IMG/VR virus record: IMGVR_UViG_3300025723_000017
Span: 1-64,000 of that record
Length of the DNA: 64,000 nt
From: a virus
Lineage: Duplodnaviria > Caudoviricetes
Reading direction: 5' to 3' (one strand)
The position numbers were made by a program, and so were the translations under genes. Each line of letters starts with the position of its first letter. Position 1 is the first letter of the stretch. Positions 19,612 to 29,021 of this stretch are shown piece after piece. Under the pieces are notes generated by a model. The model was given only the letters and a program-made list of their open reading frames with translations. It did no database searches and was not told where the DNA came from.

Positions 19612-22578
19612 ATGAACCCATTTTACAAACTTAACAAAACATTAGCCGGTATTGATGCTGACAAGCAAACAATATCAGAAAGTAAAACTGTTACCAAAAG
19701 CTCAGTGCAAACGACACTGGAAGATGCATTACGTACAGACTTACGTAATTTAATGGAAGATGGCACCGGCGGTGCAAATTTTTCTGGTTCAGGTTCATTG
19801 GAAGAAAAAACAGACAAATCATTAAGTAAAGCTGCCAAGACCATTAAAAAAGGAGCCTTACATAAGCAAGAAGGTATTCCACAAGATAAGAAAATTGGCG
19901 ACAAAAAATTACAAAGTCTAAAGAAATCAGGTACCCCACTCGAAAAGAAACGTGCTAATTTTGCACTAAACATTCAGGGTAAGGGTAAGAAAAAAGTTAA
20001 CGAATGGGGCGGCGATCCGAATGATCCAACAGAACAACATTATGAAATGATAGAATCTTGGTACGATGCAGTTGCTGACGAAATAGAGAAAAACTACAGT
20101 TTTAGCATTGAATTTCCTATGAGACCTAGCGAATTAGCACAAATAATAGATAAATTAACAAAAAACATTTCTAATACGTTAGGTTGTCCGCCTGATATTG
20201 TTAAAGAAATTATAGAAAGCATTAATTTTGAGGCAATAAACGCTGCTGATAGTGAGATGGACGAATGTGATATGCATGGGCAAAAGCCTATGGATACAAA
20301 TCCTAGAAATAAAGACTGGGACGCAGCCGCATTACAGCAACACAAGTCTAAATTAGCTCGCGAAATGCCTAAGCTAGCTCGACAACAGCAACAGAAATCT
20401 CGCCATCCAGATGATTTGGAAGAATCAGAAGATGAAATCTTATCCTATTTGAAAGATAAAATAGCACCACAACATCACCAAGCTCGTTCGATGAGTCGCC
20501 CATATAATGGGTCAGCTGGTGCTGCTGATGCATACAATGGAATGGAATTTGAAGAAACCGCAAATGGACCACATGGCAAACCAGGTTGGTTAATTGATGC
20601 TGAAAAAGATGCTGAACGACGTGCTGGACACGATGTAGATGAAAGTGCATGGCCAGGCATTTGGGAACCACGAGAACCAGAAGCAGATACACATCCAAGA
20701 CATAATGTACGTAAAACCTCAACTGGAACCGTTTATTCACGTAAACATGAAGAACCTGCAGACGATGAAGTAAGAGGTCCAGGTGGACAAGCAGGATCAA
20801 CGAGAGGTAGCTACGGCGCTCGTACTAAAGGTAGTTTAATTAAATCACATATGAAATCTCGTGAGATGGAAGAAGGATCTGAACAAGATTATAGTGACGA
20901 GGGCGAAACATTTAAAAATAGTTTACATACTGTAATTCGCGTAGCAACACATTTGGATCATCATCTCAGTACAAATTCAGAATTACCTGAATGGGTATCT
21001 GAAAAAATGGGTGCCATTAAAGGTATGTTGGTAAGTGTTATGGATTACTTACTAAGTGATCAAGAAATGCAGCATGACCCAGATGCTATGTCACAGAGTG
21101 GAGCAGAAATGCCAATCGCTGAAAAATCAACTAGTGAAAAGCAAGCACGTACTATGGCAGCGGCTGCACACAATCCTAAGTTTGCTAAGAAAGTAGGAAT
21201 CAAAGGATCTGTTGCTAAAGAATTTAATAAAGCTGACAAAGGTACAAAGCAATTAAGTAATGCTATGAAGCACAAGTCAAATGAGTCAGAAGTTGACGAA
21301 GAAAAAGCAGCCGCAGGACAGCGTCATTTCTTTGACAAATTAGCACCTGCTGCTAAAAAAGTAGCCAAAGTAGTAGGTAATGTTACTAAAGGTGCTAAAA
21401 AAGAAGTAGATGAGAAAAAAGAATCTACTTCCAAGAGTGATGGTAAAGCCGAAAAAGCCGGTAAAAAAGTTACTAAAGACATCGAGTATGATGAGAAAAA
21501 GAAAGATGGGATAAGTGGTAAAAAACGTGAGCCAGAAGACAACAAAGCTGAAAAAGCTGGCAAACGTGTAACTAAAGACATCGAGCATGATGAGAAAAAA
21601 GTCGAAAAGAAAGCTGAACCTAAGAAACCTAAAGAAGAAAAAGTTGAAGAAACTACAACTTCTGGGTCAGTAGCTCCATCCACTTCTAGTAAATCTTCCG
21701 GCGGCATGGGTATTGGACAAGGCATTTACGATAGCTGGGAACACAAATATACTACACTATTAAGTGAAGGTATCAGCATTACTAACGATTCTTCTAAAGG
21801 TGACGACGGAGAAGAAGTTGAAAATATAACTATTTCCGTAAGCGGTGATGACGTTTCACGTATGAAAGAAATGCTGCATAATATGGGCATTTCACATGGT
21901 GACGAAGCTGGTCATGAGAATGGTGAAGAACCTTGTGATTCATGTGGCGGTATTCCTTGTCAATGTGACGAAATGGTCGAAGCAAACCAACATGATGCAG
22001 ATGATGATTCAGAACAATTAGTTCAAGATTATTTTGATGGAAAATTAGATTGGGATGAATTTTTGTCTGCCGCAATTGATATGACTAGAGTTAATGGCAC
22101 GATAAACCCTGCAGGCGTTGATAATATACTTCGTCAGCTACATGATCCACAAAAATCAAATGAGCCAATAACTTACGATATGTTGATGAGACACGCACAA
22201 CAGGATCGTGAACAGAATAACAATTACTACGACGATGACGATCACCAAGCATATAATAATGACACTGATTATCCAGCCAAAGATATTCCTAAAGCTCAGT
22301 TTGAAGGTGATATGGAAGAAGATGATACTGCCCACAAAAGAATGATGGAATTAGCTGGGTTAGAAGAAGCTGATGCAACATATACTGAAAACGAGCCAGA
22401 TTATCCAACTAATCAAGAAGAATCAGACGATGCAATGCAATATAGTGGTGGACTAAATGGTAAAAAATCAACTGGACAAACTACTATTCCTGTATTAGCA
22501 AGTCAAGAAGAGCGTCAAATGTCCGAAAGCGACAGCTTTTTAAATTTGTATAAAGCATTTTCAAAGATTAAAATTTAA
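19612..22578 (+). CDS. Large charged modular protein, putative head core/internal protein
   Basis: 988 aa, D/E/K-rich, recurrent hydrophobic-X-E sites, internal repeat; GAGG RBS. Confidence 0.65.
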   Translation: MNPFYKLNKTLAGIDADKQTISESKTVTKSSVQTTLEDALRTDLRNLMEDGTGGANFSGSGSLEEKTDKSLSKAAKTIKKGALHKQEGIPQDKKIGDKKLQSLKKSGTPLEKKRANFALNIQGKGKKKVNEWGGDPNDPTEQHYEMIESWYDAVADEIEKNYSFSIEFPMRPSELAQIIDKLTKNISNTLGCPPDIVKEIIESINFEAINAADSEMDECDMHGQKPMDTNPRNKDWDAAALQQHKSKLAREMPKLARQQQQKSRHPDDLEESEDEILSYLKDKIAPQHHQARSMSRPYNGSAGAADAYNGMEFEETANGPHGKPGWLIDAEKDAERRAGHDVDESAWPGIWEPREPEADTHPRHNVRKTSTGTVYSRKHEEPADDEVRGPGGQAGSTRGSYGARTKGSLIKSHMKSREMEEGSEQDYSDEGETFKNSLHTVIRVATHLDHHLSTNSELPEWVSEKMGAIKGMLVSVMDYLLSDQEMQHDPDAMSQSGAEMPIAEKSTSEKQARTMAAAAHNPKFAKKVGIKGSVAKEFNKADKGTKQLSNAMKHKSNESEVDEEKAAAGQRHFFDKLAPAAKKVAKVVGNVTKGAKKEVDEKKESTSKSDGKAEKAGKKVTKDIEYDEKKKDGISGKKREPEDNKAEKAGKRVTKDIEHDEKKVEKKAEPKKPKEEKVEETTTSGSVAPSTSSKSSGGMGIGQGIYDSWEHKYTTLLSEGISITNDSSKGDDGEEVENITISVSGDDVSRMKEMLHNMGISHGDEAGHENGEEPCDSCGGIPCQCDEMVEANQHDADDDSEQLVQDYFDGKLDWDEFLSAAIDMTRVNGTINPAGVDNILRQLHDPQKSNEPITYDMLMRHAQQDREQNNNYYDDDDHQAYNNDTDYPAKDIPKAQFEGDMEEDDTAHKRMMELAGLEEADATYTENEPDYPTNQEESDDAMQYSGGLNGKKSTGQTTIPVLASQEERQMSESDSFLNLYKAFSKIKI
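21445..21600 (+). repeat. Imperfect direct repeat (two copies, 99-nt period) encoding KAEKAGK[KR]VTKDIE[YH]DEKK
   Basis: Copies at 21445-21500 and 21544-21600. Confidence 0.85.
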
Positions 22579-22588
22579 GGATTAATAA

Positions 22589-22879
22589 ATGAGTCAAGCA
22601 AATGTTTATACATCTGTATCTAATGCAGTATGGTACACTGATAAATGTGAAATTGTAACAGGTAATGCCACTGTTACATATCAAGTTTATGCACCAGCAT
22701 TAGGTACAGCCTCTGCGGTAGGTAATATTTACTCAGCTGCTCCACAAGTAGCAGCTAACGCACGACAACAAATTTATGTAGGCGCTGGCAATAAATTGAC
22801 AATTACAGGCACAAATTTTACTGCACGCGAATTAGGCACTGCTTCTTCTGCGCAAGCAGGTGTTATTGGACAAGGTTAA
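22589..22879 (+). CDS. Small hypothetical virion protein
   Basis: 96 aa, AAGGA RBS, beta-rich composition. Confidence 0.65.
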   Translation: MSQANVYTSVSNAVWYTDKCEIVTGNATVTYQVYAPALGTASAVGNIYSAAPQVAANARQQIYVGAGNKLTITGTNFTARELGTASSAQAGVIGQG

Positions 22880-22881
22880 TC

Positions 22882-23247
22882 ATGAGAGCTCGTGAATTTA
22901 TACGCGAGTCTTCTAGCAAGTTTGGTGCAGATCAATTAGATGCAATGCCGGGCATGGAGGTTTTACCAGGATTAGATAACTCTAATCCCTATCACATGTG
23001 GCGTTTTATTGTTGCAGCCGGCGCCCTTGATGGCAAAGGTAATGGCTATAAAATGTCAAAAGATGGACCACTTGGACAAAAATTAAATACAATATCGTAT
23101 ACTCCGGAAGATGCCGCGATTATTAACGCAACTGCCAAGGCATTGGGACTTAAAGTTAATGAAGTTAGTGATAAAGAATCACATGAACCACCAGATACTG
23201 ATGCCATAAGTCCTATAGTAGGGTTTAAAGGTTATAAACGTCGATGA
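22882..23247 (+). CDS. Hypothetical protein, paralogue A (CTS-like N-terminus)
   Basis: MRAREFIRES...EPP..SPIVGFKGY. Confidence 0.7.
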   Translation: MRAREFIRESSSKFGADQLDAMPGMEVLPGLDNSNPYHMWRFIVAAGALDGKGNGYKMSKDGPLGQKLNTISYTPEDAAIINATAKALGLKVNEVSDKESHEPPDTDAISPIVGFKGYKRR

Positions 23248-23639
23248 GAGCAAAAGAATTTATAACCGAAACCTCAGTTGGTGACTTACCCAAAGAACAT
23301 AAACATCCAATGCAACAATCTGCATTAGTTAGAGATGTAGGCGGATATGATAGAATTTATTATTTGAATCGATTAGGGATGGCAATGGCTTCTGCTGATG
23401 GTAAAAATCCTGGTGCTATTGACGGTGTTGATTCTTCAAGTTGGGTAGAAAAATATAATAGTGTGCATCCATATACTGCCGAAGAACAATTAATGATTGA
23501 TGCAGCAATTGCTACTATACCATCAGAATCGCAAACAAGTGTTGCTGCACATGGATCAGCTGAGCCTCCTGGTACACATAAAACAAGTCCAGTAACTGGG
23601 TTTAAGGGTTATCCCAGAAATACATCAAAGAGAAAATAA
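23244..23639 (+). CDS. Hypothetical protein, paralogue B (CTS-like N-terminus)
   Basis: MRAKEFITET...EPP..SPVTGFKGY. Confidence 0.7.
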   Translation: MRAKEFITETSVGDLPKEHKHPMQQSALVRDVGGYDRIYYLNRLGMAMASADGKNPGAIDGVDSSSWVEKYNSVHPYTAEEQLMIDAAIATIPSESQTSVAAHGSAEPPGTHKTSPVTGFKGYPRNTSKRK

Positions 23640-23641
23640 AA

Positions 23642-24466
23642 ATGAAAAAAATATTAATAGGATTATTATTTGCAGTATTATCAACATCTACATTTGCATG
23701 GACACAACGTCCAGTTAATCCAGTGGCCGCGTGCCAAGTACATGCACCTTATGGTTTTCCGGAAAGCATCAAGCCAGTGCAGGCTATTTGCCGCCAAGCG
23801 TATTTGGTAGGATATGATGCTGCTGCTAAATTACCTGAGTTCGTTATGTACGAGCTTACCCCGCCAAATGCATTGGGATGCGTAGCACGTACAAACGCAT
23901 TTGCAGCTGATCAATCAGTTCCTGATGGTGCTGTTCCTGGCGATTATGCTGGCACAGGTTACGACAAAGGACATATGGCACCAGATGGTGATTTAAGTTG
24001 GGACCCGCAGGTTGAATATGAATCATTCCTGATGACCAATATGTCGCCGCAAGCTGGTTCATTAAATCGTGGTATTTGGAAATTATTAGAAACTTCAGTG
24101 CGTGGGTGGGCTGTACAACATAATCAATCATTTACAATTGTATCTGGTGGATTATATAGTGCAGGAGACAAGACTATTGGCAAAGGCGTAGTTGTTCCGC
24201 ATGGATTTTACAAGATAGTTATTAACAATCAAACTAAAGAAATCGCAGGTTGGGGATTTCCGCACGTTGCCCCATATCCAAATCTAGGTAATGATTTAAC
24301 TAAGTTTCGTATTCCCGTTGCTACTATTATGGCAGATGCTGGGGTTAAATATGCTTTACCTGCAGGTGCAATTGAACTAGCACCTGGAAAGGAATGGACA
24401 GTTGACTTTGGTGCATTAACAAATGCAAAACGAGCCAAGTGTGGAGCCAACGCCACTGATGACTAA
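23642..24466 (+). CDS. DNA/RNA non-specific endonuclease (NucA/EndoG family) with signal peptide
   Basis: GYDKGHMAP, F.MTNMSPQ, LNRG.W..LE, VP..FYKIV; N-terminal MKKILIGLLFAVLSTSTFA. Confidence 0.9.
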   Translation: MKKILIGLLFAVLSTSTFAWTQRPVNPVAACQVHAPYGFPESIKPVQAICRQAYLVGYDAAAKLPEFVMYELTPPNALGCVARTNAFAADQSVPDGAVPGDYAGTGYDKGHMAPDGDLSWDPQVEYESFLMTNMSPQAGSLNRGIWKLLETSVRGWAVQHNQSFTIVSGGLYSAGDKTIGKGVVVPHGFYKIVINNQTKEIAGWGFPHVAPYPNLGNDLTKFRIPVATIMADAGVKYALPAGAIELAPGKEWTVDFGALTNAKRAKCGANATDD

Positions 24467-24722
24467 ACAATATAGAATCACAACACAAAATTTGACTCAG
24501 AGTAGTGACAACGATTGTTACCTCGAGCCAGATGATCCTATACACGAATTATTAATATCAAGTCATTTAGGTGGATTAGGAAGTCAGGCAAAATTAGCTG
24601 AGTATAATCGTATTACAGCCGAACGCCGACAGTCTAAAATTTCACCTGAGTTAGAATATGCTCGTACTACTGGAATACGACCAGGTACACCTGCATGGTA
24701 TGCTCTTTTTCCTAAGAGATAA
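24459..24722 (+). CDS. Hypothetical protein
   Basis: Likely start MTKQYRI at 24459; ends 'IRPGTPAWYALF'. Confidence 0.6.
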   Translation: MTKQYRITTQNLTQSSDNDCYLEPDDPIHELLISSHLGGLGSQAKLAEYNRITAERRQSKISPELEYARTTGIRPGTPAWYALFPKR

Positions 24723-24725
24723 ATT

Positions 24726-26288
24726 ATGTCATATGACGCACAAGCACTGGCTAAATCGCCTTATAAAAAAGAACTATATACAGAAAAGCAATTAGAAGAA
24801 TTTGCCGCATGTGCAGATCCCGTAACCGGGCCTGAATATTTTATGCGTAACTTTTTCTATATTCAACACCCAACACAGGGGCGACAGCTATATGATCCTT
24901 TTGAATATCAATTACGTTTAATTGATACTTATCATAACTATCGTTTTGCGATTGCTATGATGCCGCGACAAACCGGTAAGTCAACTTCGGCTGCCGGATA
25001 TTTGTTATGGTATGCAATGTTTATACCTGATTCGACGATTTTAATCGCTGCACACAAATATGATGGTTCACAGGAAATTATGAAACGTATTCGTTTTGCC
25101 TATGAACTATGTCCTGATCATATACGTGCCGGCGCAACAAATTATAATTTAGGTTCTGTAGATTTCGATAATGGGTCACGTATTGTGTCAGCTACAACTA
25201 CCGAAAATACTGGTCGTGGTATGTCTATATCACTACTTTATTGTGACGAGTTTGCATTTGTACGACCCAGCGTAGCTCAGGAATTTTGGACTTCAATTTC
25301 GCCAACACTGTCAACAGGTGGTAAGGCTATTATTACAAGCACACCAAATAGTGACGAAGATCAATTTGCACTTTTATGGAAAGGTGCAAATAAAATGGAA
25401 GATAGTCACGGTAATCCGCAAAATATAGGAATTAATGGCTTTAGGGCATTCCGTAGCTATTGGCGAGAACATCCTACTAGAGACGATGCATGGGCATCAT
25501 CTATGCGTGCTCAGCTAGGCGAGGATCAATTTCGTCGAGAAATGGATTGTGAATTTATCATTAATGATGAAACGCTTATTGCTCCGGCTAAACTTATAGA
25601 CTTAGAAGGAATTGAGCCGGTTCATAAAACTGCGCAAGTTAGATGGTATAAACTGCCCGAAGCTGGTAAAATGTATTGCGTGGGGCTCGATCCATCATTG
25701 GGTACAGGTGGAGATCCTGCGGCTATACAAATATTCGAAGCTAACACTACAGAACAAATAGGTGAATGGAAACACAATAGAACTACTATTCCCGAACAAA
25801 TACGTATTCTTGCTGATATTGTAAAATACATATACACATTTACAAAAGATGAGCAGTCTATATACTACTCTGTTGAAAATAATACCATTGGTGAGGCAGC
25901 ACTTATATCTATTGAACAATTTGGCGAGGAGAATATTAAGGGCTATTTCCTGTCTGACCCTACACGAGGAGCCGGCAGATATCGTAAAGGATTCAATACC
26001 AGCCCCAAAAACAAACTAACTGCTTGCTCTAAATTTAAAACTTTAATAGAATCGAAAAAAATGAAATTGCATAGTCGACCATTAATTTCTGAGCTCAAAA
26101 CTTTTGTAGCACACGGAGTAAGTTATGCAGCAAAACCAGGTTCAACCGACGATTTAGTAATGGCTACATTACTAGTTACACGTATGATGATACTATTACA
26201 AACATATCATCCAGAGATGGATACTCAAATGAGGGATCATGGCGAATCTATAACTCCACCATTACCTTTTATTGCGACAATGTATTAA
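24726..26288 (+). CDS. Terminase large subunit (gp17-like)
   Basis: PRQTGKST Walker A, LYCDEFAFV Walker B, ITSTPN, GLDPS.G, VENN, DDLVMA. Confidence 0.95.
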   Translation: MSYDAQALAKSPYKKELYTEKQLEEFAACADPVTGPEYFMRNFFYIQHPTQGRQLYDPFEYQLRLIDTYHNYRFAIAMMPRQTGKSTSAAGYLLWYAMFIPDSTILIAAHKYDGSQEIMKRIRFAYELCPDHIRAGATNYNLGSVDFDNGSRIVSATTTENTGRGMSISLLYCDEFAFVRPSVAQEFWTSISPTLSTGGKAIITSTPNSDEDQFALLWKGANKMEDSHGNPQNIGINGFRAFRSYWREHPTRDDAWASSMRAQLGEDQFRREMDCEFIINDETLIAPAKLIDLEGIEPVHKTAQVRWYKLPEAGKMYCVGLDPSLGTGGDPAAIQIFEANTTEQIGEWKHNRTTIPEQIRILADIVKYIYTFTKDEQSIYYSVENNTIGEAALISIEQFGEENIKGYFLSDPTRGAGRYRKGFNTSPKNKLTACSKFKTLIESKKMKLHSRPLISELKTFVAHGVSYAAKPGSTDDLVMATLLVTRMMILLQTYHPEMDTQMRDHGESITPPLPFIATMY

Positions 26289-26304
26289 GCATAAATAACA
26301 TATC

Positions 26305-28110
26305 ATGAATCATAATAAAGTTTCGCAATCATTAATGAATTTATTAGTTAGTAGAGATTTTGAACCTACAGCGTTGAATGCTCAAGGACAAGCGCCGACT
26401 AATGATTCCCCTGCCATTTCCTTTTCATTTTCCTTTAAAGGAAACACAGATAAAGATTATGGGACAGTAGTTATATTATTAGGTAATGATTCAACACAAG
26501 GTGAACAAACATTAACTGTATTTTTTGGCGACAATATTGGCCGAACAATGGATGATTTAAGTGATAAAAACAGCTGGTTTAGTTTTTTAGAGCAAATGAA
26601 AAATTTTGCTGTTCGAAATGGATATTCATTCACAACAGATAATATTAACAAAGTTAAATATAGTATGCAGGGACAAACTGCTATCAAGGAAGGATTACTT
26701 GAAGGATGGACAGGTAATAAGGCATATTCCTGGAATGGAGTTGAAACTGAAGCCAGATTAATGATTAAACATAAGCGTGTCATCGGGGAGAATGATGCAC
26801 GTTTTCGTTATGTTGAAAGTTTATTTGTAGAAACAGCAGAAGGTGAGCGTTATAAATTGCCTTTTACAAAACTTGCTGGCGGGCGTGCTATGGTAGAACA
26901 TGTACGTCAAGGCGGAAAACCATATGATGCTCGTGGCAATCATATCGCTACGGTAGTGCAAGAAATGAATTTACTCAGTAGATTCAAACGTGCTAACCAA
27001 GGAAAAATATTCGAAGGTGATACTCTACAGTTAGTTGAACAAGCTGAAATGTATTACGAAAGATTGCAACAAAATTTAAAGAAATTAAGTACAAAAACGG
27101 GATATGCAAGTTATTTTGAATCCTGGGATCCAGCGGTAATAACTGACGAAGACGTCATTATTGAGGATTTACGACACATGTTTGTTGAACAAAATATTGA
27201 CTCTCGTGTCGAACAAGTATTACCGTTATTGGCAAAATTACAACAGGAACAAAAAATGAAAGAAGTTAATGTATTTGAAAATTGGGCTAATCTTATATTC
27301 GAAGGTACTTGGGCATTACCAGATACAAAAGAAAAACAATCTAAATTAGTAGAGCTTATGAGTCAAGAGTTACCTGTCGGACCTGATGCTACTAATACTA
27401 TTGAACAATTGGATAGTTTATTAGGGGACGATGAATTATTTGATCGTTTAAAGAATTTAGCTGATGAAAATGCAGATGCAGATGCTCGACAAATTATACT
27501 AGATCGTTTGGAAGAATTAAAAGATAATCCAGATGTAGCACAGGTTATTGGGCAATTAACAACCCCTTCATCAAACCAAGCGGAACAAGATAACGTAAAT
27601 GAAATAAACAGATTATCTAGAGAACCAGTTAAAGAAAATCGTCAACAAGAAGGTGAGTACGAATTCAGTACAACAATTACAAATCCAGCGTGGATTGAGT
27701 GGGAAAATTCAGCAGAAGACCCATTACCTGATGAACCAGAAGAAACCATCCCAGTTACTGTAACCTTTAATACAGAAGGTGAATATCATGCAGCTACGTG
27801 GGGGGATGCTGGCGGCAGCCCAGCTGAGGGAATTGTATATGAAATTGTAACAGTTAGAAATGATCAAACACGCGAATATATTGATCTTGATTTAGTAGAT
27901 ATACCATATTTAGAAGAAAAAGCCCAACAATTTTACGAAGCAAATATGGAAGAATCTGTCGGAGGAGGCAATTGGTTAGAAGAATCAAATCAAGATGAAA
28001 AATCTAAACTTGCAGGCAAATACGGGCATTCGGGAAAAATGAAAGCAGTAGAAGGAGTTGATGCAGACATGATGGAACGCATTAAATTCTTAGCAGGTTT
28101 AACTAAATAA
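26305..28110 (+). CDS. Hypothetical protein, putative head-associated
   Basis: 601 aa, late promoter at 26291-26297, acidic C-terminal modules ending 'RIKFLAGL'. Confidence 0.7.
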   Translation: MNHNKVSQSLMNLLVSRDFEPTALNAQGQAPTNDSPAISFSFSFKGNTDKDYGTVVILLGNDSTQGEQTLTVFFGDNIGRTMDDLSDKNSWFSFLEQMKNFAVRNGYSFTTDNINKVKYSMQGQTAIKEGLLEGWTGNKAYSWNGVETEARLMIKHKRVIGENDARFRYVESLFVETAEGERYKLPFTKLAGGRAMVEHVRQGGKPYDARGNHIATVVQEMNLLSRFKRANQGKIFEGDTLQLVEQAEMYYERLQQNLKKLSTKTGYASYFESWDPAVITDEDVIIEDLRHMFVEQNIDSRVEQVLPLLAKLQQEQKMKEVNVFENWANLIFEGTWALPDTKEKQSKLVELMSQELPVGPDATNTIEQLDSLLGDDELFDRLKNLADENADADARQIILDRLEELKDNPDVAQVIGQLTTPSSNQAEQDNVNEINRLSREPVKENRQQEGEYEFSTTITNPAWIEWENSAEDPLPDEPEETIPVTVTFNTEGEYHAATWGDAGGSPAEGIVYEIVTVRNDQTREYIDLDLVDIPYLEEKAQQFYEANMEESVGGGNWLEESNQDEKSKLAGKYGHSGKMKAVEGVDADMMERIKFLAGLTK

Positions 28111-28163
28111 CTAAATAAAAGATATTAATAAAACGGCAACATGAGTTAACTCTAATGTGTCGT

Positions 28164-28965
28164 TTTAGTAGTAGACACAGACCTAGATGTGTATAATTTA
28201 CTAGGCAAGCAACTAATACAGGCAACATGGCCAAGCAACAAAATGAAACCGTACACATATCTTATTAGATGGACAAAGCTAAACATTAGCTACTATGGCG
28301 TTAGATACGCACAAGATTGCAACCCAAGTGATCTATGGAATCCATATAAAACCTCATCCAAACACGTAGCAAAATTTATTGCTGAACATGGCGAACCAGA
28401 TGTTGTTCAAGTTCGTAAAACATTCATTGAAATTAGTGTCGCCCAAAACTGGGAGCACCGGGTGTTAAAAAGAATGAAGGTGATTAATAGCGATAAATGG
28501 CTAAACCGAACGGATAACAAATCTATTGCTCCTCAATACGGCGAAGACCATCCACACAAAAAAGGTGAACTATCGCATATGTACGGTGTAAAACGGCCAG
28601 ATATTTCAGATAGACAAAAAGAACGTTTTGCTAATAAAACTCATCAATTTTTGGATCCTATTGCAAGAACTAAATCAATAGTAACTCGTAGTGGTGATCG
28701 TCATCATATGAAGCAATCGGAGGTAGCAGAAAAAGTATCAGGTGCAAATCATTATTCTAAAAAAGAAGGATATGTATGTAAAACTTCAGGGAGCAATAAT
28801 CCTATGAAGTCGGGATACAAATATCGTAAAATCATTTGCCAATATTGTGATAAAGAATACGGAGCAAGTGGATTCAAAAGACACGAAAACTTTTGTAAAA
28901 ATACGATAACCAGTTTAGTAGTAAACACAGACCAAGATGTGTATAATAACTTGGCAATCAACTAA
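28164..28965 (+). repeat. Imperfect ~52-nt direct repeat flanking the GIY-YIG gene
   Basis: 28164-28216 TTTAGTAGTAGACACAGACCTAGATGTGTATAATTTACTAGGCAAGCAACTAA versus 28914-28965 TTTAGTAGTAAACACAGACCAAGATGTGTATAATAACTTGGCAATCAACTAA. Confidence 0.9.
28243..28965 (+). CDS. Free-standing GIY-YIG (Seg-like) homing endonuclease
   Basis: PYTYLI...YYGVRYA, Y.TSS, WE..VL, WLN; NUMOD-like C-terminal repeats (NNPM) and CxxC. Confidence 0.75.
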   Translation: MKPYTYLIRWTKLNISYYGVRYAQDCNPSDLWNPYKTSSKHVAKFIAEHGEPDVVQVRKTFIEISVAQNWEHRVLKRMKVINSDKWLNRTDNKSIAPQYGEDHPHKKGELSHMYGVKRPDISDRQKERFANKTHQFLDPIARTKSIVTRSGDRHHMKQSEVAEKVSGANHYSKKEGYVCKTSGSNNPMKSGYKYRKIICQYCDKEYGASGFKRHENFCKNTITSLVVNTDQDVYNNLAIN

Positions 28966-29021
28966 AATCTAATAATAATTTAGATAGGCATCACATTTAA
29001 TTTAAAAAAGGCATCAACATT

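Noticed and set aside
28164-28965. Direct repeat pair considered as attL/attR or transposon ends
   Set aside because: No integrase or transposase; the enclosed gene is a GIY-YIG endonuclease and the repeat looks like a duplicated leader.
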